Of a DNA stretch of 64,000 nucleotides, positions 23,212-37,436 are shown piece after piece. The DNA lies in NCBI GenBank assembly GCA_964016885.1, contig OZ024741.1, positions 336,164,001-336,228,000 on the forward strand, read 5' to 3'. A model generated the notes under the pieces. That model worked only from the letters and a program-made list of their open reading frames with translations, was not told where the DNA came from and did not search any database. Both the position numbers and the translations under genes were made by a program. The first letter of the stretch is position 1, and each line of letters begins with the position of its first letter. This stretch comes from Eledone cirrhosa. Its lineage: Eukaryota.

Positions 23212-23672
23212 TTAACCCTTTAATTTCTGTATTTCAAATGAAATACACTGTATTTAAATTAATTATTGAAACATTCAGCATTTATTAAAGTTATTATAAA
23301 TTTCATTGTTAAGGTGATATTTTTAAGGGCTCTAGGATGGTATTATCAGTAGAGTGTCAAATAACATGCTTTGCAACATATCATTGCACTCCTTTATGTT
23401 CTGAGTTCAAATCTTACTGAGGTTACCTTTGTCTTTCATCCTTTTAGGGTTGATAAGATAAAACACCAGTAACACACTGGGATCAATTTAATTGACGTTT
23501 TCTTCCCCAAAAATTGTTGACCATTATTAAGATGGTATTTGTAACATAACACAACAAAAGTAAAATTATATTGGAAGGTTTTAATTTAAATAGAAATTAT
23601 TTGAAATTGAAATTGGTATTTTTTTTATAGAAGCAGAGTTAGGTTTGAACAGGTTGGTATCAAAAGGGTTAA
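23212..23672. mobile_element. piggyBac-like (TTAA-flanked) non-autonomous element with a SINE inside
   Basis: ttaacccttt ... aaagggttaa; related ends at about 17145, 24062, 42205-42224, 44245-44510. Confidence 0.5.
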
Positions 23673-23767
23673 CAAGCAGACTGTTCCATTGTTTGAACAC
23701 TCATAGAAATCAACAGGCATCCACTTACCATTATCTTTTAGTTTTTTTATGTAAAAGATTGGTTGTG

Positions 23768-23968
23768 TATGTGGGTCAGTTGAAACGTTCATAGGCTGAC
23801 CAAGACACACTCATTGAATGACCAAATGAGATTATTTTTCAACATAGTCCTTGGAAAGAAACAATGCAGATATTGATAAGAAGAGTTGAAATTAATGCAC
23901 GCAAGATTTCACAGCTCTAGCATCATTCCTTCATAGTCAGCCTATGAACTTTTAAGTCAATCCCCGTA
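23768..23968. mobile_element. mariner-like MITE
   Basis: gttcataggctgac / gtcagcctatgaac inverted ends; related end at about 49922-49995. Confidence 0.6.
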
Positions 23969-24225
23969 AAACATGTAGTTCCAAAGAAACTGAAGGTTTA
24001 TGCTGACTATAAGGATATTCATTTAAATAATACTGAATACACAAATATTTTAGTTCTAATCTTAACCATTTTGATATGAAACTGTCTGAAACTGTTTATT
24101 AAAAATATTTGTATTTATCTAAAAACACTCCATCATAATCTTATGAAAGAACCATTGTTAAATTCAAAACACCAGGTTAATAATGAGACTAAATGCCTCC
24201 AAATACTGTATTGTTTTTGAAATTA

Positions 24226-24289
<64 letters not shown>

Positions 24290-24362
24290 CATACATATAT
24301 ACATACATAGAGAAACATCCAGATAGGTAAATGCATGCATATATACATACAAACATACATAC

Positions 24363-24445
<83 letters not shown>

Positions 24446-24729
24446 TACACACATACACACATACACACATACATACACATGTAATGATAAAGTGATACTA
24501 AATATAATGAAGCTGATGACAATGGTATGTCTAGCCATATTTAACAGGTGAAAATCTGTAGATTTTGTTTATTTATTTCTATTTTTTTTACAAACAAAAT
24601 ATTTTACGTTGAACATTAACAATCTATTTGTAAATATTGTTCAATCTTGCATTAATATTGGAATGACAGACTTAATAAAACATGTCGCAGCTTTGCAGAC
24701 AACTATAATACTGCACTATTGTTAATCAA

Positions 24730-25337
24730 AACATACACCCAGAACACTCTGTAAATTGGGAGGCTGGTGCTGTGGTAAAATGCACCTAGACCATTCTGTA
24801 AAATCGGAGTGTTGATGCCATGATAAAACAAAGACAGCCCACTCTGTAAATTGGTAGTGCTGGTGCTGTGGTAAAATACACCTAGACCATTCTGTAAAAT
24901 TGGAGTGTTGATGCCACGATAAAACACCAACAGCCCACTCTGTAAAGTGGTAGAGCTGGTGGCACATTAAAATGCACCCAGTTTACCCTGTAAAGTGGTC
25001 ATGTTGGTGTTATGAGAAATCACACACAACCTAATCTGTTATTCTACTGGTGCTATGATAAAACACAGCCAGCCAACTCTGTAAAGAGGCTGTGCTATGC
25101 CCCCCCCCCCCCCCAAAAAAAAATATCCAGCCCATTCTGTAAGGAGGTAGTGCTGGTGCCACAATAAAAACACCCAGTATATGCTATAAAGTGATTGGCA
25201 CTATGAAGGTTATCAAGCCATAGAAACCAAGCCATAAATGAACCTTTTAATAACTAGATTTAAAAGTCACAACCCATCTAACCCATGCAAGCATACACAA
25301 TAGAGGTTAGATGGTGATCTAGACGATGATGATGATA
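24730..25337 (+). repeat. RTE-tail element with about 10 tandem ~45-bp modules
   Basis: Repeated aaaacacccagcccactctgtaaa.tgg.agtgctggtgc.acgat, then agccatagaaacc and the cccatctaacccatgcaagcat..gatgat tail. Confidence 0.8.
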
Positions 25338-26413
25338 TCATTTTTTTTTTCTTTTCTAATATTTTGTGTATCTAATTGCTGTGTGTCTGGTTTAAAATAG
25401 GTACACTGTATCTCTGCATATCATAAGAGATAACTAAAACATTTGTGTCATGAAATACACCTGGATATAAATCATTGTCTCAAAAAGACTGCATGATAAG
25501 TATGGAATATGTCATAGAGCCCTGTGAGGTTACTCTCTGTTTTAGCAGGTGAAATGGCCTTAGAATATTAGTCTTGTTGTTGGGATTTGAACTCTGAGTG
25601 CAGAAAGCTGGAACAAATTCTGCAAAGCCATCTGATGTTCTAATGACTCAGTCATTTCACCATCTTTATATGTACGCATAAATAGATACATACATACAGG
25701 TACACACACACACACACACACAGATGCATACATACATGCACACACATAGATACATATATGAATACACTCATATATATATATACATACACAGATGCATCCA
25801 TACACACATACATACACATATATACACATAGATACATACACATATATATACATACATATTTACACACACACACCCATGCATACATTTGAGAGTTTCTGTC
25901 ACCAATTTTATAATTACCTGTGATGCCAAGCAACTCCTATAATTGAATTGTTTATTACTACTTTTAGTATGACTGCAGCATACACCTGCCTCTGTCATGT
26001 GATCCTATACTCAGCCTTTTGATTGTGTGACCACACCATTCAAGCATAGCCACTGACTTACAAACATTTTTTTACTTGCTTCCTGTTTTAGTCTTTATAA
26101 ATCTAAGTGATCAGTCTGTTCTTCATCACACAATGTTCGACTTAAATATTAAACATTCATATATTTATTTTGTCCTTGCCATATAATTTCATGTAAGTTT
26201 TGCTTTGTTTCATTTACTTTATCATGCATGCCTGCATTCTGTTCTGTATTTTACTTTCATTCCACATCCTTTAACCATTTAGCATTTAAACCATCTGGCC
26301 AGAATTCTCTCACCTTTTTTATTTAAACTGGTTGTAACCAGCCACTCATACTGATGTTAAGGTATTGTTTTCAAAATAAATAATATCAAAATCTCATAGA
26401 TTCGTAATGTGAG

Positions 26414-26460
<47 letters not shown>

Positions 26461-26462
<2 letters not shown>

Positions 26463-26860
26463 ACAATGGACCTGACCTGGTGGTTTTGGACAAGGAAAAA
26501 AGATTGTGCCTGATTGTGGATGTAGCCTGCCCATTCGACACGAGAGTGCAAGAGAAGGAGAGGGAGAAAATTAACCGATACCAGGACTTAAAGTGGGAGG
26601 GAAAAAAAAAGGAACTGCCATGAAGTCAAAGAGGTCCCGATTGTCATAGGCACACTAGGTACTATCTCAAGGAGTTTCCAAGGATGGTTAAAGAAGATTA
26701 GTCCAGACCCGCTTTTTGGAACACTTCAAAAGGCATGCTTGCTGGGAACAGCAAGAACCCTCCGATACGTCCTGAATATCTAAGGCTGCAGGTAGCAGCT
26801 TGATATTCATTTCAACAAACTTTTCAGTTAAATAACATCAATGACTGAGACTCAAAGAAC

Positions 26861-26895
<35 letters not shown>
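26461..26895 (+). mobile_element. 3' fragment of the same R4/Dong family within (TAA)n
   Basis: 26461-26575 matches 31018-31132, then continues through QKACLLGTARTLRYVL-stop, a short UTR and an (AAT)n tail; TAA repeats on both sides. Confidence 0.88.
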
Positions 26896-26897
<2 letters not shown>

Positions 26898-27943
26898 GGG
26901 AAGATATGCACATGGTGGATAGGGTATTATGGAATCGCTCCCATAAGTTTTTGATTTTTTACATATTTAAAACAATTGTGATAGAATAATTCTTATTACA
27001 AATGAAACGTAAGATATCAGTCTTAACTCTCAGGAAGTGGCAACACATCACATTACGGCATAGGGCTCCAATATTTAATATTTAATTTTGTACCAGAAAT
27101 TTTATAGTCAGAAAAGAAAATGGCTAGAAAACAACAGCCAAATAACTTCACCACCAGCACCACCACCACTGCCGCCACCATCACCATCACCACTACCATA
27201 AAAAATCTTGCCAAATACAAACCAGCACCATCCCAATAGTACTGCTGTCCCATCACCACCGTCACTACTGCATCATCGCTACCGCCACTATTCCCTCACT
27301 ACTTAAGAGAGGAGTGGTGGTGCCGCTACACATGAAAAGAAGCGAGGAAGGTATCAAAAGATATAAATAGACTGAGTTAGTGACTCGGTCAAACAGCTAA
27401 CAACAACAACAACAACACCAAAATAATTATGTTGTATCTCTAAACTCTCTCAAAATGTTTAGTTTAAACGATGTCAAACGATGTCAAAACTATAATATAA
27501 TAATAATAATTGCTTCTGCTTTTGGCACGGGGCCAGCAATTGTCTCGGTGTGTTGCAGGTGCTTTGAGGTGTCGGCCCCGTAGGGATGAAAAAAATTATA
27601 GAACAAATTATAGAACAGAACACAGACAGAAGCAAACGCAACAACAGACACAAATTTCAAAAGTTTTGAACACAACAACCCCTACTTCCCTTAGCAGCAG
27701 CAGCAACAACACTAGTAACCGATGTTACTGGCCTTGTAAAACGAAAAACGCAAAGGAGAAAAACAAACAAAAAAAGAAAAAAAAAGAAAAAAAAACTAAG
27801 TCGGACATTCAAACATTACAATGAAACTTATGTTTATTTTTGTTTTTTTAGGTTTTTATCTATTTGTTTGTTTGTTTATTTATGATGAAATCACCGGTAG
27901 TTATGTAACCATACATTCACCAATCTTCGATATGAGTGCTTAA

Positions 27944-30900
27944 ATGTCGAACCTAAACAGTTCGAATAACGGTGAAGTGGAGACTGGAATGTCTTGTGAC
28001 AGACTCTCACCCAGCAGGTGCTCCCTGGTCCAGCACCAGGGACCTGGCTGTTATCCAAATACTGCTGGTGTTGGAGGAAGAAGAAGGAAAGGGACCAGGA
28101 CTAACTGGATGAAATAATTGAATAGAACTGTTATGCAATGTTACCTGAAGAGTAACCCCAAGGAAAAAGGCTATAGGAAACGGATGCATAACATCTGGAA
28201 CGAGATTGGTCTATTTAAATTAGATGAACAAAAATTGGCTGGGTAGGCTCGGGTAATAAGAACTAATGGGTGGATAAGTGAGCTGGAACTGAAGGAACTG
28301 AGCAGAGAGATTAGGTTGGAAATGGAGAGTGGAGTATGCCAGGCAAACGAGCCAGTGGGAAATGAAGGTGAAGAGGTTGAGAGAACGCAGGAACCATCCG
28401 AAGCAGACAATGATCTCAATGCTGAAATAAATAATACCTGGAACAAAGATACAGCCATTGAGGAAATGAATGCTGACGGGCTAGGACAAGATTTGGTTGA
28501 TATCCTAAACTTAGTGGTAGATGAAATGAACAATGATAGTGGGAAACCTATGAACCTAAGATTTGTAGACAGGAAAAAGTTAAAAGAAACAAACAGCTAA
28601 GGTAAACAAAGTCATCCCATACCTTGAGGCGAGGAGCCTTCACCAGTGCAACAATATCCTCAAAGCAACAGCAAATGCGGTGAGGAAATTACTTGGCATA
28701 AACACGAGAGGAAACAACAAACAAGAAAGATCAGAACCTTGGTGGAAAAAACGACTGAATGTTCAAATCAGGGAAATGAGAAATGACATTGGAAAGCTTG
28801 AGTCCCTACTGAATGGGACACTAAAAACAAAGACACTAAAAATAGACTGGAAATAAAGTACAAAACTAGGAGGAAAAAGCTAAATATTATCATAGAGGAA
28901 CTGAAGCAACGCATTGTAGCAAAGAGTGCAAAAATTAGGCGATACGAGAGCAGAGTCAGTCAGTATAGACAGAACCGCATGTTTGACAACAACCAGAAGA
29001 TGTTGTTTGGACAGCTTGAAGAGAAAGAAAGAGGCAACGACTTGATCCCTGAGGTGGAACAAACTAAGACATTCTGGAGAGGAATATGGGAACAGGATGT
29101 TAAACATAATGATCAGGCAGTGTGGATTGAGTCAGTACAAAAGGAGATTAGTGAACAGGCACACCAACAAACTGATTTGAGTATCACAGTTGAAACTCTT
29201 AAGGGGCAGGCCAAAAAACTAACCAACTGGAAATCGCCAGGCCTAGATGGTGTGCAGGGGTATTGGATTAAAAATATAACATCCCTCCACCCGAAACTGA
29301 CAACCATGTTCAATGATTGCTTGATGTCAGGTGAGGTACCAGAGTGGTTGACAAAAGGTACCATAGTTCTGGTAATGAAAGACCGAATCAAGGGTAATGA
29401 TGTTACCAACTATAGACCTATCACATGTCTGTCCGTAATGTGGAAATTGTTAACAAGAATTGTGTCTGAGGAAATCTACCATCACCTCCACATAACTTGT
29501 TACCGGACGAACAGAAAGGATGCCGAAAGAAGTCCCATGGTACAAAGTACCAGTTACTTATTGATAAGATGGTAATGAGGAATTGCAAGAGGAGACACAC
29601 TGGTCTTGCCATGGGATGGATAGACTACAAAAAGGCATTTGACATTGTGCCTCATTCTTGGATCACCAAAAGCCTAGAGATCTTCAAAGTGGCAGATAAC
29701 ATCAGACAGTTGTTGAGCAAAAGTATGAAGTCCTGGAAAACAGAGTTAACATCGGCTGGAGAATCCTTGGGAGGCGTGAAGATGAAGAGAGGTATTTTCC
29801 AGGGAGATAGTCTGCCCCTCTGTTGTTTGTCCTTGCCCTGATACCCCTGACCATTATATTGCGAAAAGTGAGAGCAGGATACAAGTTGGGAAAGGGAGAG
29901 CTTACCATCAACCACCTCCTCTTCATGGACGATCTTAAACTCTTTGGGAAGAGTGAGAAGGAGTTGGATGTACTTGTTGACACTGTCCGTATTTTCAGCA
30001 GTGATATATGTATGCAATTTGGTATTAATAAGTGTGGAGTTCTAGTGATGAAGAGGGGTAAATTGAGCAGAAGCAACGGAATCCAGGTACCAACAGGTGA
30101 GATGATAAAGGAAATTGACACTGAAGAAGGATACAAATATTTAGGTGTTCTTGAGGCAGATGACATGAAGAACAAAAAAATGAAGGAATTGATAAGATCT
30201 GAGTACATTAGGAGAGTAAGGAGCGTATTAAAATCATATCTAAATAGTAGGAATGTCATAAGTGCAGTGAATTCCCTAGCTGTGTCTATTATTAGGTACA
30301 GTGTGGGAATTCTGAAATGGAATGTTGCTGAACAAAAAGAAATGGATAGGAAGACTAGGAAGCTATTGACTATCTACAACATGTTCCACAACAGGAGTGA
30401 TGTCGATAGACTCTACTTAAGGATATCTGAAGGTGGAAGAGGTCTTATCAGCATAGAGGACTGTGTTCAGATGGAGAAAAACAACCTACACAAATACGTG
30501 ACCGACAGTAGGGAGCCAATGCTCAGAATTGTACTGAAAGAGAGAACAATAGACCAGGGGATGTCAAAGGAGGAAGACCAACCTTCATGAAAAATCCCTT
30601 CATAGTACCTTCTTTGAGAAAACTGAATTTAGAGATCCACAGACATGGAACTGGTTAAAAAGAGGAGACCTTCAAAAAGCTACAGAAGGAATGCTAATGA
30701 CTGCGCAAGAGCAGGCACTCAAAACGAAGTGGTTGAAACACCATATTTACAAGGTGGAGGCTAGCCCACTGTGTAGGATCTGTGGAGAGAGAGGAGACTG
30801 TGGCTCACATTGTATCCAAGTGTAAACACCTAGCCCAGACTCACTATAAAGGCTGGAGACATGATGTGATAGGCAGGGTGATCCACGGGCACCTATGCAA

Positions 30901-31132
30901 AGTAAACAATTTACCACATTCTGAGAAGTGGTATGAGCATAAGCCAGAGTCGGTGATAGAAAACGATCAGGTGAAGATGCTATGGGATTTTAGGATACAG
31001 ACGGATAAGAAACTGGAACACAATAGGCCTGACCTGGTGGTTTTGGACAAGGAAAAAAAATCCTGCCTGATTGTAGATGTAGCCTGCCCATTTGACACGA
31101 GAGTGCAAGAAAAGGAGAGGGAGAAAATTAAC
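27944..31132 (+). mobile_element. Decayed R4/Dong-type non-LTR retrotransposon (RT + CCHC + restriction-like endonuclease), 3' end missing
   Basis: N-terminal GYRKRMHNIW..EQKLA; [34 protein letters not shown]; CRICGE..ETVAHIVSKC; RHD; NRPDLVV..IVDVACPFD..KEREK. Many stops and frameshifts. The 5' boundary is approximate. Confidence 0.88.
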
Positions 31133-32085
31133 AAAAACAGAGTGTGACAAAAGGAAACAATGAAAAATTCCCAATAGGGGGGAGACCTCCGAGGGTTGCT
31201 CGTCGAGAAAGCCCACAAGTAAAGCCATGGTTACCCTGACCGCTAGGGCAAATGCCCTCTTCCAGTTTTCCTCCTACAATGCTACAGGCCCATGCTCAGG
31301 GTAGACCCATTCACACAGGCCATTCTTGCTTCTCTCACCCACCTTTCAACAAACTGGCTGGAAGTCAGCACTTCCATCTCCACCCTGATTTTCCTCTTCA
31401 GGTGAAACCTGAAAAAGTTAATGAGGGCGTCACCGAAGAGGAAAGTATTGGTCCTCAACCCTTTTAGACGTGTCCACCATACAATCTCTTTTACCATGGC
31501 CACCAGGCAGCTAAAAACTGCCTGCCCTTCTCGGCTAAAGGAAGGCGGCGGGGCAATCTTCACGATGGACTCAGCTGATAGCCGGATCCGTTCTACACGT
31601 GACAGCAGGTGTTCGGCATAAACCCACAAGTCAGCAATGCTCAGACACTAGACGAGTGCGTGCAGGACAGTTTCTTCGCCCTGCGCGTATCGCGGACAGG
31701 CTCGGCTGGCGGCACTTCCATGCCTGTAGAGTTTATCCCGAACTGGCAAGGTTCCTCGGTAGCACTGCCGGGCTAGGGATTTCTGGAAGTTGTCCATGGG
31801 CCCCGGCCCGAAAGTTCTCCCGAAGAGATTGGCTAGTTGGTTTTTGTCGATGCTTAGTCTCCCCAAGGATGTCGTTGCTCTAGTCTCCAAGCGCTTCCTC
31901 TCGGTCTTCGCTTGACCCAGGACTGCAGCTCCGCCAAGGAGACAAGCTGGGGAAACATGTGTCTAGCAAAGGGCGACCACACCTGATCACCGTCGAGGAA
32001 GAGGTATAGATGCCGTAGCCTGAGTGCATGTCTGCGCATCATCAGCCACAGCATGCCCAGCCCTCCGCATAGCGGGTGTTGACAG
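31133..32085 (-). mobile_element. Tx1/L1-like LINE C-terminal fragment
   Basis: GLG..RRHALRLRHL, LPVRDKLYRHG, CPR..EETVLHAL.., KEIVWWTR..FVERW, as in Tx1-clade ORF2 ends; GC-rich relative to flanks. Confidence 0.7.
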
Positions 32086-32649
32086 CAGATGATAATAATG
32101 ATAATGAAATTATTGTGTACAGTGTTCAAGTGCGCTACAACTCATCAAAGGTGCATGTATAGTACATAGAATAATGTAAAAATGTCAGGAAAGTGAACAG
32201 TGTATGAGTCATGATATACATGTGTGCGTGTAAATGAAGGGGTGATGTCAGGTGTAGTGTTGGCGAATTTCAATCAAAGCATGGAGGTTTTAAAAGATGC
32301 AGTGTCCCAGCAGCTAACAACTGATGCAGGTGTGAGGTAAAGCCTTACCATGAATCTATAATAGTAAATATAGAGTAATGTAAATGCTAAAAGGTTAAGA
32401 TACTCCAGAACAGTGTTTAGCTATCTTGTTTGATACTGTTACCCCAAATAGACCATCAGTACTGTTGGTAGGGATTGAAACTGTATAACTACATTTTATC
32501 AGCTGATGACCATGGCGTTGTTTGTCTTTTTCCTCTTACTATTTTAGTATTGTGTATATATCATCTCTTGTCCCTTATACATCCATTCATATACTTCTGC
32601 CTGATTTCCACTGCATGTTGTCAATTTTGCAATTTTATATATATATATA

Positions 32650-32748
32650 TAGGATGTCCCCCCAAAATGTATACTCAATTTAATTACCTGTACAGACAAT
32701 ATTTATTAGAATGCTGTTGAAGTGTGTATACATTTGGGGGGACATCCT
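32650..32748. mobile_element. Tiny Tc1/mariner-type MITE, second copy
   Basis: aggatgtcccccc..aaatgtatac / gtatacatttgggggacatcct with TA flanks; shares aatatttattagaatgctgttgaagt with 582-682. Confidence 0.75.
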
Positions 32749-32764
32749 GTATGTATATGTATAT

Positions 32765-33226
32765 ATCACACTTACATCTCTCTAAGACAATGTCTCTGGA
32801 CCGAGACCTTTGGCGCTACGCAGTAATACAGAAGACCCGCCTTGCCTATGTGCAAAGCGAAACCTACAGTCAGTAGGCACCTCTTAACCAAATATACACC
32901 CCAATCTACTACCCCTACCCTATCCTCCCACTCCCACCAACAGCACGAGAAAATGAGATCGAGTTTGTGTAGGTGTCACAAAAAAAAAAAAAAATACTCA
33001 CAGTCCACGCTGTAATGTGGCCGTGTAGGTAACACAGTAAAAAGTTTCCAGTTCCACACTGTAAATGTGGTTGGTGTTAGGAAGAGCATCCAGCCGTAGA
33101 AAACCTGCCAGATAGTCCTATATGAGCGAGACACGGTCACCCGACCAGCCTTGCCTCAAGTGGGACAACTCCCGTCTAACCCATGCTAGTGTGGAAAACG
33201 GACGTTAAATGAAGATGATGATGATG
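32765..33226 (+). mobile_element. RTE 3' fragment (ORF end + 3' UTR + GAT tail)
   Basis: Matches 6520-6970 by eye. Confidence 0.88.
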
Positions 33227-34044
33227 AAGAGAGAGAGAGTCTGTGGTGCTGAGACTGAGGTCACCACAAATCAGGGGAATACTCAATGCATAGGAAGAAG
33301 CAGAGTGGATATAGAGGAAGGAAAAAACCTGACTGCGACACCTAGTGGTTTCAGCAAGTCTTTTTCAAGGGTTTACTTGAAAAGGCTTACTGAATACAAG
33401 CCCAAGAAGTTCATATTTTTTCTAAGTCTAAACCTGAACCTTAGATTGACTGATCCACAGGATAATGAAATAAATAAGCAGGTTAATCTAATTAAGTAAT
33501 TAAATGTGTGTAATATAATAACAAAGAGCCATCAGTTGTAGCAATGTGACTGTGTAGGGGGTTGAGTATGCAGGGGTTAAATAAACAAGGAAGTAAACAG
33601 AATTGTAAATTGCTGAACTGTCGAAAAGACATTTAAAAGTAGTAATAATAAACGCCTGCAGATCAAATCAATATCTTAAAATCAAACTGACTTAAACTTT
33701 ATTAGAAATTATTGAGATAACATATTTTACAATTTGAAATGAAATATTTCAAGAAAAATATTATTTAATTTTTCAAAATTAACAGTTTTTTTTTTAAAAT
33801 TATATATTCTACTAGTATGAGATAATGGTTAATGTGGAATAAAATATTCCAGTAGTGAGATAACACTTAATTTGGAATAGAAAATTGTTTTTGTAGTGTC
33901 TTAACACTGCAGTTTCAATTGAAGGATATAGATAATATATTAGTGTATGTGAAAGAAGACATTAAAAAGTAGTAAGAGAGTAGTTTGTGGTCTAGAGCTG
34001 TTATTTTTGAAATTTTTAATGTTAAAGAAATTTTTATATGCTTC

Positions 34045-36925
34045 ATCATCATTTTACGTCCGCTCATCCCTGCTCGCAAGGGTGGGATGGGTCTTATTCA
34101 GCACAGCATCTTTCCACTCGTCACGGTCCTTCGTCATCTCCACCATGAGCTTCAACGATCTGAGGTCTGTTCTCACCACCTCCGCCCATGTTTTTCGTGG
34201 TCTACCTCTACCACGTCTTCCTTCAACTGGCATTTCCTGGCACTTCTTCACCCATCGGTCATCCTCCATGCGCATCACATGTCCATACCACCTCAGTCTC
34301 CTCTCCCGTACACTACATTCTATCCCTCTCAGACACAGTTTCTCTCTCAACACATTCATGCTGGGTCGTTCACGCACATTGACACTGCACATCCAATGGA
34401 GCATGCTTGCCTCATTTCTCTCCAACGGTCGCATATCCTCTGCAGTTGCTGCCCATGTCTCACTACCATGCAGTATCGCGCTCCGCACACAGGCATCATA
34501 CAACTGGCCTTTCGTATGCAGGGAGAAACCCTTCTTCGTCAGCAGCTCCCTAAACTTCTTCCAACCCGTCCTTATTCTAGATACTATGGCCTCGGAACAC
34601 CCTCCTCCCATGCTAATCTGATCTCCTAGGTACTGGAAGCTATCCACCACTTCTATAGCACCCTGCTGCATTTGAAAAATGTGTCTATCAATGCAACTTC
34701 TACTGTCTAATTTCCCTGTACATCTACTGCATACATATTTCTCCCGACCTGTTAGTTTGCCTGCTATCCCACTACAGCTCTTGTAGGATCTGCATTGTGT
34801 GCATTTTATAGAATTTATGCCAGTTCCTTTTCTGCATATCGAACATGGCCATTTCCCTGATGGAATCAGAGTTTTGTCCTCTTTTCTACTCATCAACACT
34901 TTTGTCTTAGCTAGGTTCACTCTCAGTCCTCTTGCTTCCAACTGCTGTTTCCATAGCCAGAATTTATTCTCTAGCTCCCCTACTGATTCTGTTATAAGAA
35001 CCAGATCGTCAGCATAGAGAAGTTCCCATGGACAGCGAGTCTTAAACTCCTCTGTTATGGCTTGGAGGACTATAATGAGCAAGAGCGGGCTGAGGACCAA
35101 ACCTTGATGTACTCCTACTTGTATCTGGAATTCCTCACTAAACTCCATTCCTACCCTGACTTTACTGAGAGTACCTCTGTACAAAGTTTGCACTGTCCTC
35201 ACAAGCCATTCCTCAACACCTAGTTTCCTTAGGGACCACCAGATGACAAATCGGGGTACCTATCAAAGGCCTTCTCTAGGTCAACCAAGGTTAAGTATAG
35301 TGTCTTATTTTTCTCTAAGAACCTCTCTTGCAATTGTCTCACCAAGAAGAGGGCATCTGTTGTACTCTTCCCAGGCACTAAACTAAACTGCATCTCATCT
35401 AGTTTGACCCTTCCTCTAATTAGTTGTGCTAATATCCTTTCTGCCACTTTCATAACCTGATCCATCAGTTTTATACCCCTATAATTGCTCCTCTCCAAAG
35501 CATCCACTTTACCTTTGTAGCAATTTATGAGAATACTGCTGCACCAGTCTTTGGGTATGACACCACCATATATAGCCTGATTGATGATGCATGCAACCAG
35601 TTTAGTGCCAACGTCCCCTGATGCCTTCAGCATCTCAGCAACTATTCCTGATGGTCCAGCAGCCTTACCATTTTTCATTTCCTTAATCGCCTCTTGGACC
35701 CTATATTCGTCAATCTCAATAGCTGTCCCTCTGTCGGATCTACTAAGGTTAATTTCTCTCTCTCCCATTCGTTCTCCACATTTATCAGTCTCTCATAATG
35801 ACATTTCCAGGCCTCCTTTTTCTGATCATTCGTGACACTAAGTACACCGGCATCATCCCGGACACATTTATCTCCAACAACATCCTGATTTGCATTGACA
35901 CACTGCCTTGCAATGTGGAACACCGCACGCCTCTGATCTTCCCGTCGCAGAACATTGGCAAACCTCCTACTCTCAGCCTCCCTGCGTGCTAAGTACACCT
36001 GACGTCTAGGTTCTCTCTTAGCGGCTGTATATTCTTCCCTACTCCCACCCTTTTTCAAAGCCTTCCATGCTAGTCTTTTGTCTCTAATGGCCTTATCTAC
36101 TGTGCTGTTCCACCACCAGGTCACTCTCTGTCTGGTTGGAGCTCTGCTCCAGCCACAAGTTTCATCAGTAGCCTGCAGCAAGTTGTCACGTAAGAAATTC
36201 AAGTTATTATCTATGTCATACGTCTCTAAATCGTCTTCTTTTTCGTCATATACATCTTGAAGGGCTTTCCTAAATTTGTATTTTAGGGAAAGGCCTTTTA
36301 GCTTCCAGACCTTTCTTCTCCACACCTTCCTGTATGTCTCAATCCATCTCTTGCTTACTGAGATATCACTAATGACTAACCTATGCTGTGGGGTACATTC
36401 TTCCCCAGGGTATGCCTTGGTATTAGACACTATCTGCCTGTCCCGCTGCCTAACTAGTAAGAAGTCAATCTGGCTTATGTGCTCGCCAGATTTGTAGGTT
36501 ATTAGGTGATTGGCAGGTACCTGGAAGTTTGTGTTGCAAATAGTCAGTGTACTTGCATCACAAAATTCAAGAAGTCTCACTCCTTCTTCATTTCTCGAGC
36601 CATAACCGTGCCCACCATGTACCCTAGTGTAACCATCCTGGAGCTGTCCAACATGACCATTGAAGTCCCCTGCTAGCATAACGATGTCTCCGTCCTCTGT
36701 CATCGCGGTTGTTTGTAAAAGTTGCTCGTAAAAGCAGTCTTTCTCATCTTTGCCTAGGCCTGCTTGGGGAGCATAGGCAGAGATGATTGTCAGTAGTCTC
36801 CTGCCTACAACTAATCTAAGCTTAATTATTCGATTACTAACTCGAACTACCTCTATTGTCTTATTGATCCATCTCTCAGCCAGGAAAATGCCTACTTCCC
36901 CTAACCCATCATCCTTACCTCCTCA
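34045..36925 (-). mobile_element. 5'-truncated RTE LINE of a second, diverged subfamily (frameshifted)
   Basis: Three ORF pieces (35675-36703, 35229-35768, 34054-35202) give GDFNGHVG, QIDFLL, VDLEKAFD, YADD, Cys finger, RRLRWYGHV; the ORF ends directly at the GAT tail. Confidence 0.93.
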
Positions 36926-37199
36926 GAAAAGCTTATGGCCATCCAAAATCACAGAGATGACCCCTTAACCTTTGTCAAGGCAGAATTCTAGAAGGAAAAT
37001 TCTGATATAACACCTGCAACCCTGATGGTATCCAATGATGTTGACTTGTTCTTCTTTTTGGTAAATATCATCTTGGTTAAGAGAGTGGGACTGGCTTTGT
37101 GCAGTGCCTTTGCTCACTATAAAAGCTTCACGGCACAGGCATTGCTTTATATCTGGAGATCTCTCTGCACTTGTTGTCACACGGTACCATGGGTCCAGC

Positions 37200-37360
37200 A
37201 CTATGTGTCAATAATTGTCACAAGTGTAGTGTTTGTACCAGAGTTTTCAAGTCGCTGGCTGGACTAAAAAGTCACACTTATTCAGCGCATCAGTAGGGGT
37301 TCTCCTACATGGATATAAAGTAGTGGCCGTACTCGAAAACGAGTTGGCAGCCACCATGTA
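37200..37360 (+). mobile_element. 3' end of a LINE with terminal C2H2 finger
   Basis: Encodes CSVCTRVFKSLAGLKSHTYSAH-stop; UTR end gtggccgtactcgaaaacgagttggcagccaccatgta resembles 43855-43900. Confidence 0.55.
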
Positions 37361-37436
37361 TATATATATATGTATATGTATATATGGGTATGAATATATA
37401 TATTTGTTTATATGTGCATGTATATATATATATATA

